DNA of 64,000 nucleotides from Candidatus Latescibacterota bacterium (GTDB lineage: Bacteria > Latescibacterota > UBA2968 > UBA8231). The position numbers and the translations under genes are program-made. This document shows positions 1 to 9,520 of this stretch, piece after piece; positions within the stretch are counted from its first letter, which is position 1, and every line of letters starts with the position of its first letter. The notes below the pieces were generated by a model. It saw nothing but the letters and a program-made list of their open reading frames with translations, made no database searches and was not told the DNA's origin. Location: assembly GCA_965203355.1 (NCBI GenBank), contig OZ241889.1, positions 2,816,001 through 2,880,000 on the forward strand, read 5' to 3'.

Positions 1-1
1 G

Positions 2-778
2 CGCGACGAACACCTGCGGCTCTATCTCAACGGGCACTTGCAATTCGCCTCCATTGACGAGTACCGCTACCACGAAGCCCTAGTCCATCCGGCGATGGCG
101 CTAGTACCATCCCGTGAAAGGGTCCTCATCATCGGGGGCGGCGACGGTCTGACGGCGCGAGAAGTGCTCAAGTACGCGGAGGTCGAGCACGTTGATTTAG
201 TCGATCTCGACCCGGCGGTAACGCGGTTGGCCCAGCGCAATATCCACCTGACTCGGATCAATGACAATGCCTTGAACCGCCGCCAAGTCCACGTGGTCAA
301 CGAAGATGGCTTTGTCTTTTTGCAGCGCGCGCATGTGCCGTATGATGCGATACTAATCGACTTGCCCGATCCCCGCGAAGAGAGCTTGGCCAAGCTCTAT
401 TCGGTCGAAGCCTATAGGCTGTGCCGCAAGGTGCTCAGCCCGCAAGGTGTCTTGGCAACCCAGGCTTCCAGCCCGTACCACGTCCGCGAGGCGTATTGGA
501 GCATTGCCGCGGCCTTGGAGGAAACGGGCTTTGCCGTCCACTCCTATCACTTGCACGTACCCTCTTTTGGCCAGTGGGGATTCCACTTGGCGGGACCCGC
601 CGGATTGGATCCGACCGCGGTCGATTTTGCCGTTCCCACGCGCTATCTCGACCGCCAAATCTGGAGTACCCTCGCGGTATTCGACAGCGACATGAGCCGC
701 CTGCCCGTGCAGGCGAACCGACTTGATAAGCCGGTGCTAGCGCGTTATTATCGACAAGGTTGGGGGCCTCAGTTTTGA
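2..778 (+). CDS. speE: Polyamine aminopropyltransferase (spermidine synthase family), 5'-truncated by window edge
   Basis: Frame is open from position 2 (RDEHLRLYLNGHLQF); motifs YHEALVHP, VLIIGGGDG, VDLD, DLPDP. Confidence 0.9.
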   Translation, partial: RDEHLRLYLNGHLQFASIDEYRYHEALVHPAMALVPSRERVLIIGGGDGLTAREVLKYAEVEHVDLVDLDPAVTRLAQRNIHLTRINDNALNRRQVHVVNEDGFVFLQRAHVPYDAILIDLPDPREESLAKLYSVEAYRLCRKVLSPQGVLATQASSPYHVREAYWSIAAALEETGFAVHSYHLHVPSFGQWGFHLAGPAGLDPTAVDFAVPTRYLDRQIWSTLAVFDSDMSRLPVQANRLDKPVLARYYRQGWGPQF

Positions 779-791
779 AAGGATATGCCAG

Positions 792-1340
792 ATGGGTTTA
801 AGGAAATGGTTCGGTGGTCGCCTAGACGAGGATGAACCGACCTATCAGGAGTACTCACTCAGCACCATGAAAGTGGGGTTCTTGGTCGATTACGACCTCA
901 AAACGTGGCAAGTCACAGGCTGTGGAAGCTATGACTACGAAGGCTATACTACCGAGGAATGGGAGTTGCAGGCCGATGATCAGGTGCGCTTTTTGGAGTG
1001 CGCGGTAGAAGACGGCAAAGCCTATTGGACCTTGACGCGGGCGATTGGCATCGACGAAATCGAAGGCGATGTTGCGGCGGCGATCCTCGCCGATGACGAC
1101 CCGCCTGAAGTGGTGCGGTTTGCGGGCGACGAGTACGTGGGGAGCACGAGCGACGCGGGCTTGTACCGCAAAGACGGCACCGACGCCGAGCGCGAATTTG
1201 TCAATTGGTCGTTTGAAGGGGAAGAGGGCAAGGTGCTTTTTATCAGCCAGTGGGGGGCGCGCGACTTTGCCGCGTATGTTGGATGCTACGTAGAGGAATA
1301 CCAATTCACCGATATTCTGCCGGTGGAGGAGGGAGCCTAA
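792..1340 (+). CDS. DUF4178-like acidic protein
   Basis: Acidic beta-rich protein (WQVTG..YDY..EWEL) in speE/DUF350 context. Confidence 0.6.
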   Translation: MGLRKWFGGRLDEDEPTYQEYSLSTMKVGFLVDYDLKTWQVTGCGSYDYEGYTTEEWELQADDQVRFLECAVEDGKAYWTLTRAIGIDEIEGDVAAAILADDDPPEVVRFAGDEYVGSTSDAGLYRKDGTDAEREFVNWSFEGEEGKVLFISQWGARDFAAYVGCYVEEYQFTDILPVEEGA

Positions 1341-1341
1341 A

Positions 1342-2049
1342 ATGCTTCGGCGTTTGGCCGTACTCTCCCTGTTCGCGCTGGTGGCCTGTGGGCGGGCTAA
1401 CGATCCGGTGAAGGAGTTGGTGCGCGACCTCGATCGCTATCCCGAGTACTCCTTGATCGTCGATGATACCCGCATTGAAGATAGCTCGTTTTTTCCCGAT
1501 TACTTTCTCCGCTTTCAGATATTGACCGCGTCCGGGCAGCGCGTCGCCGGCCGCGATACCATCGTCTATCAGGAGCGTCGCACCGATTGGATGGAAGTCG
1601 GTGAAGATAGCTTTTACCGCTACGACAACTACGTCGGCATGGTCGTGGCCTCCAAGTCGCTTGACGGCCGTCGCACTGGTGCCAGTCAAGCGCACCCGCC
1701 TGGCTACCAATACGTAGGCAATCCCCAATACGGGTTTTGGGGCGGCGGTGGATTTTGGCAATTCTACGGCCAGTACGCGCTGATGCGCGACTTAATGGGG
1801 GGATGGAACGTGGGTCGCGGCGATTGGGAAGGCTACCGCCGCAACCGAGAACGAGGTCGCCCGTACTACGGTCCGGTACAGGGCGGGCAGCCTACTTTTG
1901 GGTCGCGCGGCTCGCAAACCCAAAAGACGCGACCGCAATTCTACCAACGCCAGCAAAGCCGTCGCCAAGCCTTTAGCGGCCAGGTCAAAAACCGCATGGG
2001 ACGCACTTCGTCTGGGTGGGGACGCGGTGCCTCGCGCTTTGGAAAATAG
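1342..2049 (+). CDS. Lipoprotein with Gly/Arg/Tyr-rich low-complexity C-terminus
   Basis: Lipobox LVAC at residue 16; GYQYVGNPQYG and FWQFYGQY motifs; RG-rich tail. Confidence 0.65.
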   Translation: MLRRLAVLSLFALVACGRANDPVKELVRDLDRYPEYSLIVDDTRIEDSSFFPDYFLRFQILTASGQRVAGRDTIVYQERRTDWMEVGEDSFYRYDNYVGMVVASKSLDGRRTGASQAHPPGYQYVGNPQYGFWGGGGFWQFYGQYALMRDLMGGWNVGRGDWEGYRRNRERGRPYYGPVQGGQPTFGSRGSQTQKTRPQFYQRQQSRRQAFSGQVKNRMGRTSSGWGRGASRFGK

Positions 2050-2059
2050 GGGGAACGCA

Positions 2060-2905
2060 GTGGACAATATAATGGTGCAGATGGCCCAGTCCTTAGTCTA
2101 TCTCGTAGAGGCTTTCGTCCTGCTCTTTGTCGCCAAGCAGGTCTATGCCCGAGTATTTCGCCGAGTCCGTCTCAAAGACGAACTCTTCGGCCGCAACAAC
2201 CACGCGTTGGCCGTTGCGGTGGGCGGCTATTTTTTGGGGATTTGCTTGGCGTTAGGGGGGGCGTTGAGCGGCCCTTCGCTCGGCTGGCAAGCCGACCTGC
2301 TAGGCATCGCCCAGTACGGTCTCTTGGCGATTGTTTTGATGATCATCGCTGGCGTTCTCTGTGAGCGGGCGCTCCTGTTCCACTTTGACAACCGCAAGGA
2401 GGTCATCGAGGATCACAATATGGGGACGGCCTTTGTCGAGGCGGGGATGCACATTGCCAATGGCCTGATCGTTTTGGCCATTATACTGGGGGAAGGGCCG
2501 CTGTGGAGCGGCGTGGTCTTCTGGCTGCTGGCGCAAGTGGTGCTGGTGGTGGCTGGGCTGCTCTACGAGTGGATCACCCCCCATTCGATTCACCGCGAAC
2601 TAGAGCGCGACAATGCCGCGGTTGGCTTGGCCTTTGGCGGCGTACTGGTGGGCATGGGCAATATCGTCAGCATCGCCGCGGCCGGCGACTACGCCGGGTG
2701 GATCGAAAGCCTCAAAATTTTTGGCTTGGACGTGGCCTTTGGTTTTGTCGCGCTCTACGTCATCCACAAGTTGACCGATATGCTCTTGGCACCGAGCGTG
2801 CGCTTGGGTGCCGAACAGGTTGAGGAGCAGCCGAATGTGGGAGCCGGGCTGATCGAAGCCTTCGGCTATGTGGGGGGATCGATCCTAATCGTCTGGATCT
2901 TCTGA
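2060..2905 (+). CDS. DUF350 membrane protein (tandem DUF350)
   Basis: Repeated hydrophobic units with ELFGRNNHALAV, EVIEDHNMG, ELERDNAAVG; GTG start at 2060 chosen over the upstream ORF extension. Confidence 0.8.
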   Translation: MDNIMVQMAQSLVYLVEAFVLLFVAKQVYARVFRRVRLKDELFGRNNHALAVAVGGYFLGICLALGGALSGPSLGWQADLLGIAQYGLLAIVLMIIAGVLCERALLFHFDNRKEVIEDHNMGTAFVEAGMHIANGLIVLAIILGEGPLWSGVVFWLLAQVVLVVAGLLYEWITPHSIHRELERDNAAVGLAFGGVLVGMGNIVSIAAAGDYAGWIESLKIFGLDVAFGFVALYVIHKLTDMLLAPSVRLGAEQVEEQPNVGAGLIEAFGYVGGSILIVWIF

Positions 2906-3919
2906 ACTACTCCGCCGGTTTCGCTGCCACTGCCACAGCAGGGTTGGGCCGCCGAGAAAGACATAGGTCAGCGTGGCCAAAGCATGGGTCAACGTGGCGC
3001 AGGCCAAGGCGGTGGCGAGAGGCACCGAGTAGAGGCGGTGCATGGCTTCGCCGAAGAAATAGTGATACGAACCAATCGCCCCAGGCGTCGGAATGATCAC
3101 CCCGATGGATGAGATAGCCATGACCGCCAGCGCTGCTGCTGCGTCGAGGTCGTATGTTTGATGCAAGCCCATGCCGATAAAAGCCGCGTACACAATGAAT
3201 ACATAGACTGCGTTGAGTAAGACCGAACTGACGAGGATTTCAAGGTACGCGGTCGGCTGTTGCCGCAGGGCGGAAAGCCCGCCGATGAAGGTCTCGATAA
3301 TTTCAAGTACCCGCTCGCCGCGTCCCCAAGCGCACCGGGCGAGCAGCGGGCGAATGCTCGCCAAGATTTTTTCCCGATAAACCGATACCGATACCAAGAC
3401 ACTCAGCGCGAGCAAGCAGCCGGCTAGGGCTAGCAGGCCGATGGTATCCCGGTCGGCACCGCCCGGCAGCCAAAGTACGGGCAGGGCAATGTCGATATAG
3501 ACGATGAGCCAGAACAAGACGATGAGCCAAAACAGATCGAGAATGCGCTCCACCACTATCGTGGCCATCAAGGCACTGATGCTCGCCCCGCTGGTCCACT
3601 TGAGGCTGATGCACCGCAGAACCTCGCCCGAGCGCGGTATGGCCACATTGGCCGCATAGCATATAGCTAAGGCGAGCGACGCGTTGAGATTGCTCACGTG
3701 CGGCGCAAAGGGCCGCATCAGGACCTGCCAGCGCCAAGCCCGCAAGACCAAGGTCCCCAGCGTTCCGATGCACATGACCGCGGCCCCAACCGGTGAAATG
3801 CCGGTCATGGTAGCCCAGAGTTCGCCGCGGTTTATCCCCTCAAAGGCCCACTTAATAAAAAGCCCCATCAGGCCCAAGCTCAGTCCGTACTGGAGGATTT
3901 GCTTCAGGAGCTTGTGCAT
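2885..3919 (-). CDS. Lysylphosphatidylglycerol synthase TM / flippase-like (UPF0104) protein
   Basis: RAWRWQVL, NVAIPRSGEVLR, ERILD, PTPGAIG motifs. Confidence 0.85.
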   Translation of the reverse strand: MHKLLKQILQYGLSLGLMGLFIKWAFEGINRGELWATMTGISPVGAAVMCIGTLGTLVLRAWRWQVLMRPFAPHVSNLNASLALAICYAANVAIPRSGEVLRCISLKWTSGASISALMATIVVERILDLFWLIVLFWLIVYIDIALPVLWLPGGADRDTIGLLALAGCLLALSVLVSVSVYREKILASIRPLLARCAWGRGERVLEIIETFIGGLSALRQQPTAYLEILVSSVLLNAVYVFIVYAAFIGMGLHQTYDLDAAAALAVMAISSIGVIIPTPGAIGSYHYFFGEAMHRLYSVPLATALACATLTHALATLTYVFLGGPTLLWQWQRNRRSSSEDPDD

Positions 3920-3995
3920 TGCGTTGGCAAACGCAAAACAGGGGCTCTGGCGAACCCCTGATACCTAGCGAAAAGAATAGGCTGGGTGGGTTTGT

Positions 3996-4616
3996 TCAAG
4001 CCGATATGGGTTGAATTTTGCCCATTTTCTCTAACAGGTTGATGACCTGCGCGGCCGCGGCCGAGGGCGTTGTGGTGGCGGATTCGATGACCAATTCAGG
4101 CTTTTCAGGTTCTTCATAGGGGTCTGAAATACCCGTAAAATTGAGTATCTCACCGGCTCGGGCTTTTTTGTAGAGGCCCTTGGGATCGCGCTCTTCACAC
4201 AGCTCAACTGGGGTATTGACAAAAATTTCGACAAAATCGTCCTCTGCCATCAGGGCCCGCACTCGGTCGCGGTCGGCTCGATAGGGGCTGACAAAGCTGG
4301 CGAGGGTCAGGAACCCCCCATCGACAAAGAGCTTTCCCACCTCGCCGATCCGCCGGATATTTTCCGCCCGGTCGTCAGCGGAAAAGCCCAAGTTCTTGTT
4401 GAGCCCAAAGCGGATGTTGTCGCCGTCTAGCACATAGGCCAAATGGCCACGAGCAGCTAAGGCGTGTTCGACGGTATAGGCAATCGTGCTTTTGCCCGAA
4501 CTCGGCAAGCCCGTCAGCCAGATCAAGGTCCCTTGTTGGCGCAACAGGCTTTCGCGCTGCTGGCGGCTGACGTGCCCCTCATGTCGGACGATATTAGTCG
4601 CTTTAATAGCAGTCAA
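3996..4616 (-). CDS. cysC: Adenylyl-sulfate kinase
   Basis: WLTGLPSSGKST, LDGDNIR, RDPKGLY, FTGISDPYE. Confidence 0.95.
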   Translation of the reverse strand: MTAIKATNIVRHEGHVSRQQRESLLRQQGTLIWLTGLPSSGKSTIAYTVEHALAARGHLAYVLDGDNIRFGLNKNLGFSADDRAENIRRIGEVGKLFVDGGFLTLASFVSPYRADRDRVRALMAEDDFVEIFVNTPVELCEERDPKGLYKKARAGEILNFTGISDPYEEPEKPELVIESATTTPSAAAAQVINLLEKMGKIQPISA

Positions 4617-4711
4617 AATTCACCTCGTGAGTTTGTAGATAGAAAACTCATAATAACGACCATACGGCCTTGATTCGTCAAGGAAGTGGCCTAGGGTGCG
4701 ATACTATTTTA

Positions 4712-4741
4712 TTGACGGTTGATAGTCTGTGTATTTATAAT
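4712..4741 (+). promoter_or_regulatory. Putative sigma70 promoter
   Basis: TTGACG (4712-4717), 18 bp, TATAAT (4736-4741). Confidence 0.5.
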
Positions 4742-4789
4742 ATGAAAATACATTACAAGCGCATCTCACCAAGCAGAGGAGGCAAGCGT

Positions 4790-5716
4790 ATGAAAATTGC
4801 AATTAGCATCACTTGTGCTGCCCTGCTGGCAACGGCCAGCGAGGGGGTTGTCAACATTCAGAATGTAGGCTCTGGCGCCCGTGCTCAGGGGTTGGGCAAC
4901 AGCTTTGTGGCGGTGGCCGACAACGCCGATGCGGTGTTCGCCAATCCGGCGGGGTTGGGTCAAGTTTCCCAGCGTCAGGTGGCCTACACCAATGTGTCGC
5001 TTTTGTATGCTGGCATTGAAGGGGACGATCTGGGTCAGCACGTGGTGTCCTATGCTCAGTCGTTGGGAGATCGGTTGGGCTTGGGCTTGGGCTATGAGCG
5101 GATCGGCTCGTCGCTGATGAGCGAGAATGGGGCGTTTGTCTCGCTGTCGTATCAGGTGGCGCGTCGGCTGCAGGTAGGTTTTTCGGCCAAGTATCTGTTT
5201 TGGAGTGTAGGGTCGATTCCCGATGATGCGGGGCGTGCCGATCCGCTGTCGAACCAAGGGGCGGGCAACGTTGGGGTTGATTTGGGCTTGCTGTGGCAGA
5301 GTCCGGTGTCGGGGGCGCAGGTGGGGGTGTTGTTGAAGAATATCAATCAGCCGAATGTGGCCTATGGGGAGGTGGCTGGCGATGCGGATGCGGGTGGGTT
5401 GCCGATGGATGTGCATGTGGGTGTGGGGTATCGTCTGAGCGGTGAGTCGTTGGTTTCGGTTGAGTATGTTCGTCGCGATTTGACGGGTGCTGGTTCGTCG
5501 GATGGGTTGGTGGTTGGTGGGGAGACGGAGTTGGTAGAGGGCTTGTTGTTGCGCGGCGGGGGGCGTCGTATGTTGTCGGAGGACGCTGGGGCAGGGTTGA
5601 ATGCGGGGTTGGGGTATCAGTGGAACCAGTTGGTGTTTGATTATGCCTATGACATTGGTTTGGATTTGACGGAGACCAATGGCGCCCATCGCTTCTCATT
5701 CGCATACGAATTCTAA
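4790..5716 (+). CDS. Outer-membrane beta-barrel, PorV/PorQ/UPF0164-like
   Basis: RBS AGGAGG, signal peptide, GARAQGLGNSFVAVAD..NPAGL, C-terminal HRFSFAYEF. Confidence 0.8.
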   Translation: MKIAISITCAALLATASEGVVNIQNVGSGARAQGLGNSFVAVADNADAVFANPAGLGQVSQRQVAYTNVSLLYAGIEGDDLGQHVVSYAQSLGDRLGLGLGYERIGSSLMSENGAFVSLSYQVARRLQVGFSAKYLFWSVGSIPDDAGRADPLSNQGAGNVGVDLGLLWQSPVSGAQVGVLLKNINQPNVAYGEVAGDADAGGLPMDVHVGVGYRLSGESLVSVEYVRRDLTGAGSSDGLVVGGETELVEGLLLRGGGRRMLSEDAGAGLNAGLGYQWNQLVFDYAYDIGLDLTETNGAHRFSFAYEF

Positions 5717-5736
5717 AAAATAAACACCCTAATGAG

Positions 5737-5769
5737 AAAAGGCCGTCCCCCGAGCGGGACGGCCTTTTT
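5737..5769. terminator. Bidirectional intrinsic terminator
   Basis: AAAAGGCCGTCCC-ccgagc-GGGACGGCCTTTTT between convergent genes. Confidence 0.85.
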
Positions 5770-5771
5770 GT

Positions 5772-6506
5772 TTATTCTACGATATCTTCATCCACATCTG
5801 CCACCAAAGTGCCGATGTCTTGGCCGCGGCAGATGCACTCTATGGTTCCCTTGTCAGAGAAGTCAAAAAAGTGCATGGGCATCTTGTGATCGCGCGCCAA
5901 CAAGACGGAGGATTGGTCGGCAATGGTGAGGTCTTTTTGGATGATCGTGTTGTAGTGCATTCGCCGGTACAGCCTCGAGTGGGGATCGACGTGAGGGTCG
6001 GAAGTAAAGATGCCGCTGACTTGATTCTTGGCAAAAAGCAGGGCTTGGGACCGCGTCTCAATCGCGCGCTGGGCCGCGGTGTAGTCCGTAGTGACGTATG
6101 GATTGCCAATGCCGGCGGCAAAGATGACGATGTAGTGCTTTTCTAGGTGGCGAATCGCGCGCAACCGAATAAAAGACTCGGCTACTGTGTTGATGGGAAT
6201 GGCACTCATCACCCGAACCTCTACCTCGGATTTAGAGGTGAGAACCCCGCGCAGCATCAGACTATTGATCACCGTGCCCAAGGTCCCGATGTTATCGGCT
6301 TCGGCTCGTTCAATGCCCCACTGACTGGCGAGTGTGCCACGGAATATATTGCCGCCGCCAATGACGATGGATATTTCGACCCCACAGGCGTGCAAGTTGA
6401 GGACTTCGTCGGCAATATGTTCTAAGGATTCGGGATCAAAGCCCACGTCGTGCGGGCCGGATATAGCTTCTCCGCTCAGCTTGATCAGGACTCGATTGTA
6501 GCGCAT
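5772..6506 (-). CDS. pyrH: UMP kinase
   Basis: RVLIKLSGEA, GGGNIFRG, GNPYVTTD. Confidence 0.9.
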   Translation of the reverse strand: MRYNRVLIKLSGEAISGPHDVGFDPESLEHIADEVLNLHACGVEISIVIGGGNIFRGTLASQWGIERAEADNIGTLGTVINSLMLRGVLTSKSEVEVRVMSAIPINTVAESFIRLRAIRHLEKHYIVIFAAGIGNPYVTTDYTAAQRAIETRSQALLFAKNQVSGIFTSDPHVDPHSRLYRRMHYNTIIQKDLTIADQSSVLLARDHKMPMHFFDFSDKGTIECICRGQDIGTLVADVDEDIVE

Positions 6507-6511
6507 AGAGG

Positions 6512-7960
6512 TTATAGCAGCCGCCCCTTTTCAATGGTGTGCGCCGCTGGATGGGCTGCGGCCAATTTCTCTATCCGGCCGACGAAAAGCTCGACTTGTT
6601 GGGTGGCTGCGCCCGTGAGGTGACGACTGCGGGAGATTGCGTCGGCGATCTCTGCTTCGCTAAGCGGAAAGCGAGAATCCACGCCCAAGCGATGGGCCAA
6701 TTCGCTGGTATTCTGGCCTTGTTCGCGCAGGTCGATAGCCGCGGCTATCGCGTGCTCTCTAAGAGCGGCGTGGGCCTCTTCGCGGCCAGCACCGCGTTGG
6801 ATAGCTGCCATCAGCAGCGTCGTGGTGGCGAGGAAGGGCAGATAGCGGTCGAGGTCGCGGGCAATGACCGTTTCATAGACGCCCATATCGTCGAGGATGT
6901 GGAGCGTGGTTTCGATCATGCCATCAAAGGCGAAACACCCATCGGGCAGGGCTACGCGGCGCACGACCGAGCAGGAGACGTCGCCTTCAAACCACTGATC
7001 GCCAGCCAGTGCGCCCAGCATGTGGACGTAGCCGCCGAGGACGACCTGTAACCCATTGACGCGCTCGCTGCTGCGGGAGTTCATTTTGTGCGGCATGGCC
7101 GAAGAGCCGACTTGTCCGGCGGCAAAGCCCTCGGTGAGCATGTCGTGGCCGGCCATCAGGCGAATCGCCCGAGCCAAATTGGCAACGCCAGCCCCGAGTT
7201 GGTAGAGGCAACTCAACACCTCAAAGTCGAGACTGCGGGGATAAATCTGGCCGACGGCCCCTAGCTCCCGTTGGAAGCCGAGATGGTGCCGCACTCGGCT
7301 TTGGAGTTGGCCGAGTTTGTCGGCGTCGTCGGCGAGCAAGGTCAGTTGGTCAACGGCTGTGCCAACCGCGCCTTTTAGGCCCCGCAGGGGATAGCGCTGG
7401 ACGAGCGCGTCAAGGCGGTCCAAGGCGACTAGCATTTCCTCGCCGAACATGGCAAGGCGCTTGCCAAGTGTCGTGGGTTGGGCGGCCGCGTAGTGGGTCC
7501 GGCCCGCGACGGCAAGTTCCTTCCATTGCCGGGCGCGCTGGCCTAGACGCGAGAGGAGGGCCACGTACTTGACCTGCATGTGCTGCAAGGAGCGGAGAAT
7601 CTGATACTGCTCGACATTGTCGGTCAGGTCGCGGCTGGTCATTCCCTTGTGAATGTGCTCGCAGCCGGCTAAGCTGCAAAATTCTTCAATACGCGCTTTG
7701 ACATCGTGCCGCAAAACGGCTTCGCGTCGCGCGATGGATTCGAGGTCAACTTGATCCTTGACGCACTCGTAGGCACTTATGGCTGCGGTGGGCACATCGA
7801 GTCCTAAGTCTCGCTGTGCTTTGAGGATGGCAATCCACAGCTCGCGCTCGATGATGATGCGACCACGCTCAGACCACAGGTCTTGGATTGCTTGGCTGGC
7901 ATAGCGCTGGGCGAGAACATTGGCAATGGCTGTAGGCATGACGCGATTTATCATAAGCAT
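6512..7960 (-). CDS. purB: Adenylosuccinate lyase
   Basis: RHDVKA, HKGMTSRD, GSSAMPHKMN signature. Confidence 0.95.
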   Translation of the reverse strand: MLMINRVMPTAIANVLAQRYASQAIQDLWSERGRIIIERELWIAILKAQRDLGLDVPTAAISAYECVKDQVDLESIARREAVLRHDVKARIEEFCSLAGCEHIHKGMTSRDLTDNVEQYQILRSLQHMQVKYVALLSRLGQRARQWKELAVAGRTHYAAAQPTTLGKRLAMFGEEMLVALDRLDALVQRYPLRGLKGAVGTAVDQLTLLADDADKLGQLQSRVRHHLGFQRELGAVGQIYPRSLDFEVLSCLYQLGAGVANLARAIRLMAGHDMLTEGFAAGQVGSSAMPHKMNSRSSERVNGLQVVLGGYVHMLGALAGDQWFEGDVSCSVVRRVALPDGCFAFDGMIETTLHILDDMGVYETVIARDLDRYLPFLATTTLLMAAIQRGAGREEAHAALREHAIAAAIDLREQGQNTSELAHRLGVDSRFPLSEAEIADAISRSRHLTGAATQQVELFVGRIEKLAAAHPAAHTIEKGRLL

Positions 7961-8087
7961 TGTGCATCATCAACGCCAATGGTGCGTCAAATTAGCCCTA
8001 GCCATCGCCAATAGGGCAAAAAATAAAAAGCCCCGAATTTTGAAAAGAGCGACCTAAACCTATTATTTTGCATAGAGGATACGTGCA

Positions 8088-9518
8088 ATGGCTCAACTGA
8101 AGTCCATCCGCCTGCGCTTAGACAAGCCTTTGACCGGGCCGTACGATCGCCTTTTGCGTCGTCCTGGTCCCGAAGTCGCCGCCTTGGTAGCGGGCGAAAC
8201 GGTGGCGATCCTTCGCGGTACGCGGCTGCTGAAAGCCATGCCCTTATGGGAAAGCGAGGTCGCATGTTATCGCACCAGCGGGAAGTGGAGCAGCGGGTGG
8301 TCGCCGGAAGAGTTTAGCAACGCCCAGCAAGCCGAGGGCTGGGCCGAGAAGGGGCTGGTGGATTCGCTGGCCGTGCCCATCGGCTACTTCAAGCTGCCCA
8401 ATGCCGCTTGGGTCGGTGCATTGGCCGCCGAACTGACGCCGTGGACGGCCGAGGCGGTCGAAGCATGGCGGGCGGGGATTGAGCGGGACCTTTGGCTGAC
8501 GGTGCTGAGGGTATATCGCTGTGCGCCCGTGCAACCGAAATTTTTGCGACAAACAGACTCGTACCTTCGCGTTAGGCCCTTTGAGGTCGAGCAATTGCAA
8601 CCAGTCGTTTTAGCCAGTGAACTCGAACAGCGCATGGAACAGGTACAAGAGGTGGTAGAACGGTACGCGCGCGGCGGTACCCGGGTGGACGCAAGCTACG
8701 ACCCCGAAGCCTTCACGGCCGAGACCGGCTACAGTGCGGATCAGCTAAAGGGCTGGATTGACCAATGGCGGCGCAAACAGCAACTCATCCTATACGGCCC
8801 GCCCGGCACCGGCAAGACGTACTTGGCTGAGCGCCTAGCGCGCTATCTGGTCAATGGCGGTGGTTTTAGCGAACTCGTGCAATTCCACGCCTCGTACGCG
8901 TATGAGGATTTCGTCCAAGGGATTCGGCCTCAAGTGATAGAAGGCGCATTGCACTACGAATTGGCGGCGGGGCACTTTCGGCGGTTTTGTGCCAAGGCGC
9001 ACCAAGCTGGAGAAAGCCCCTGCGCGTTGATCATCGACGAAATCAACCGCGCAAACCTCGCGCGTATTTTCGGCGAGCTAATGTATTTGCTGGAATACCG
9101 CCACCGCTCAATCGCGCTGGCCGCTGGCGGTCCCGAATTTTCGATCCCGGCCAACGTCTATCTCATCGGCACGATGAACACGGCCGATCGCTCAATCGCC
9201 TTGGTTGACCAAGCCATGCGGCGGCGATTCAGCTTTATCCGTCTGCGGCCCAACTACCAGCTTTTGGCCAATCATCTCGATAACAGGGGGATAGCCCCAG
9301 AGAAATGGGTCGCGCTACTAAAAGAAATAAATCAATCCATCGGAGACGCGGACTGCGCTCTAGGCATTTCTTTCTTTATGGTTGCCGATATCGCAACGGC
9401 GCTGGCGCCTATTTGGCAAGGTGAGGTAGAGCCGTATCTGGAGGAGGTGTTTTTTGATCGCCCAGACCAGATGGCTCGCTTTCGCTGGTCTAAAGTCGCT
9501 GGGCGGTTGCAGGATTGA
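8088..9518 (+). CDS. mcrB: McrB-family AAA+ GTPase with DUF1802-like N-terminal domain
   Basis: GPPGTGKT, QFHASYAYEDF, IIDEINR, MNTADRS, RRRF. Confidence 0.9.
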   Translation: MAQLKSIRLRLDKPLTGPYDRLLRRPGPEVAALVAGETVAILRGTRLLKAMPLWESEVACYRTSGKWSSGWSPEEFSNAQQAEGWAEKGLVDSLAVPIGYFKLPNAAWVGALAAELTPWTAEAVEAWRAGIERDLWLTVLRVYRCAPVQPKFLRQTDSYLRVRPFEVEQLQPVVLASELEQRMEQVQEVVERYARGGTRVDASYDPEAFTAETGYSADQLKGWIDQWRRKQQLILYGPPGTGKTYLAERLARYLVNGGGFSELVQFHASYAYEDFVQGIRPQVIEGALHYELAAGHFRRFCAKAHQAGESPCALIIDEINRANLARIFGELMYLLEYRHRSIALAAGGPEFSIPANVYLIGTMNTADRSIALVDQAMRRRFSFIRLRPNYQLLANHLDNRGIAPEKWVALLKEINQSIGDADCALGISFFMVADIATALAPIWQGEVEPYLEEVFFDRPDQMARFRWSKVAGRLQD

Positions 9519-9520
9519 GC

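Noticed and set aside
4723-4750. Possible seventh dif-like site (GTCTGTGTA-TTTATA-ATATGAAAA)
   Set aside because: Lacks ATAA and the T of TATGT; explained by a sigma70 -10 box
4766-5689. 307-aa antisense ORF and similar shadow ORFs across pnp, infB and valS
   Set aside because: By-products of codon bias opposite well-supported genes
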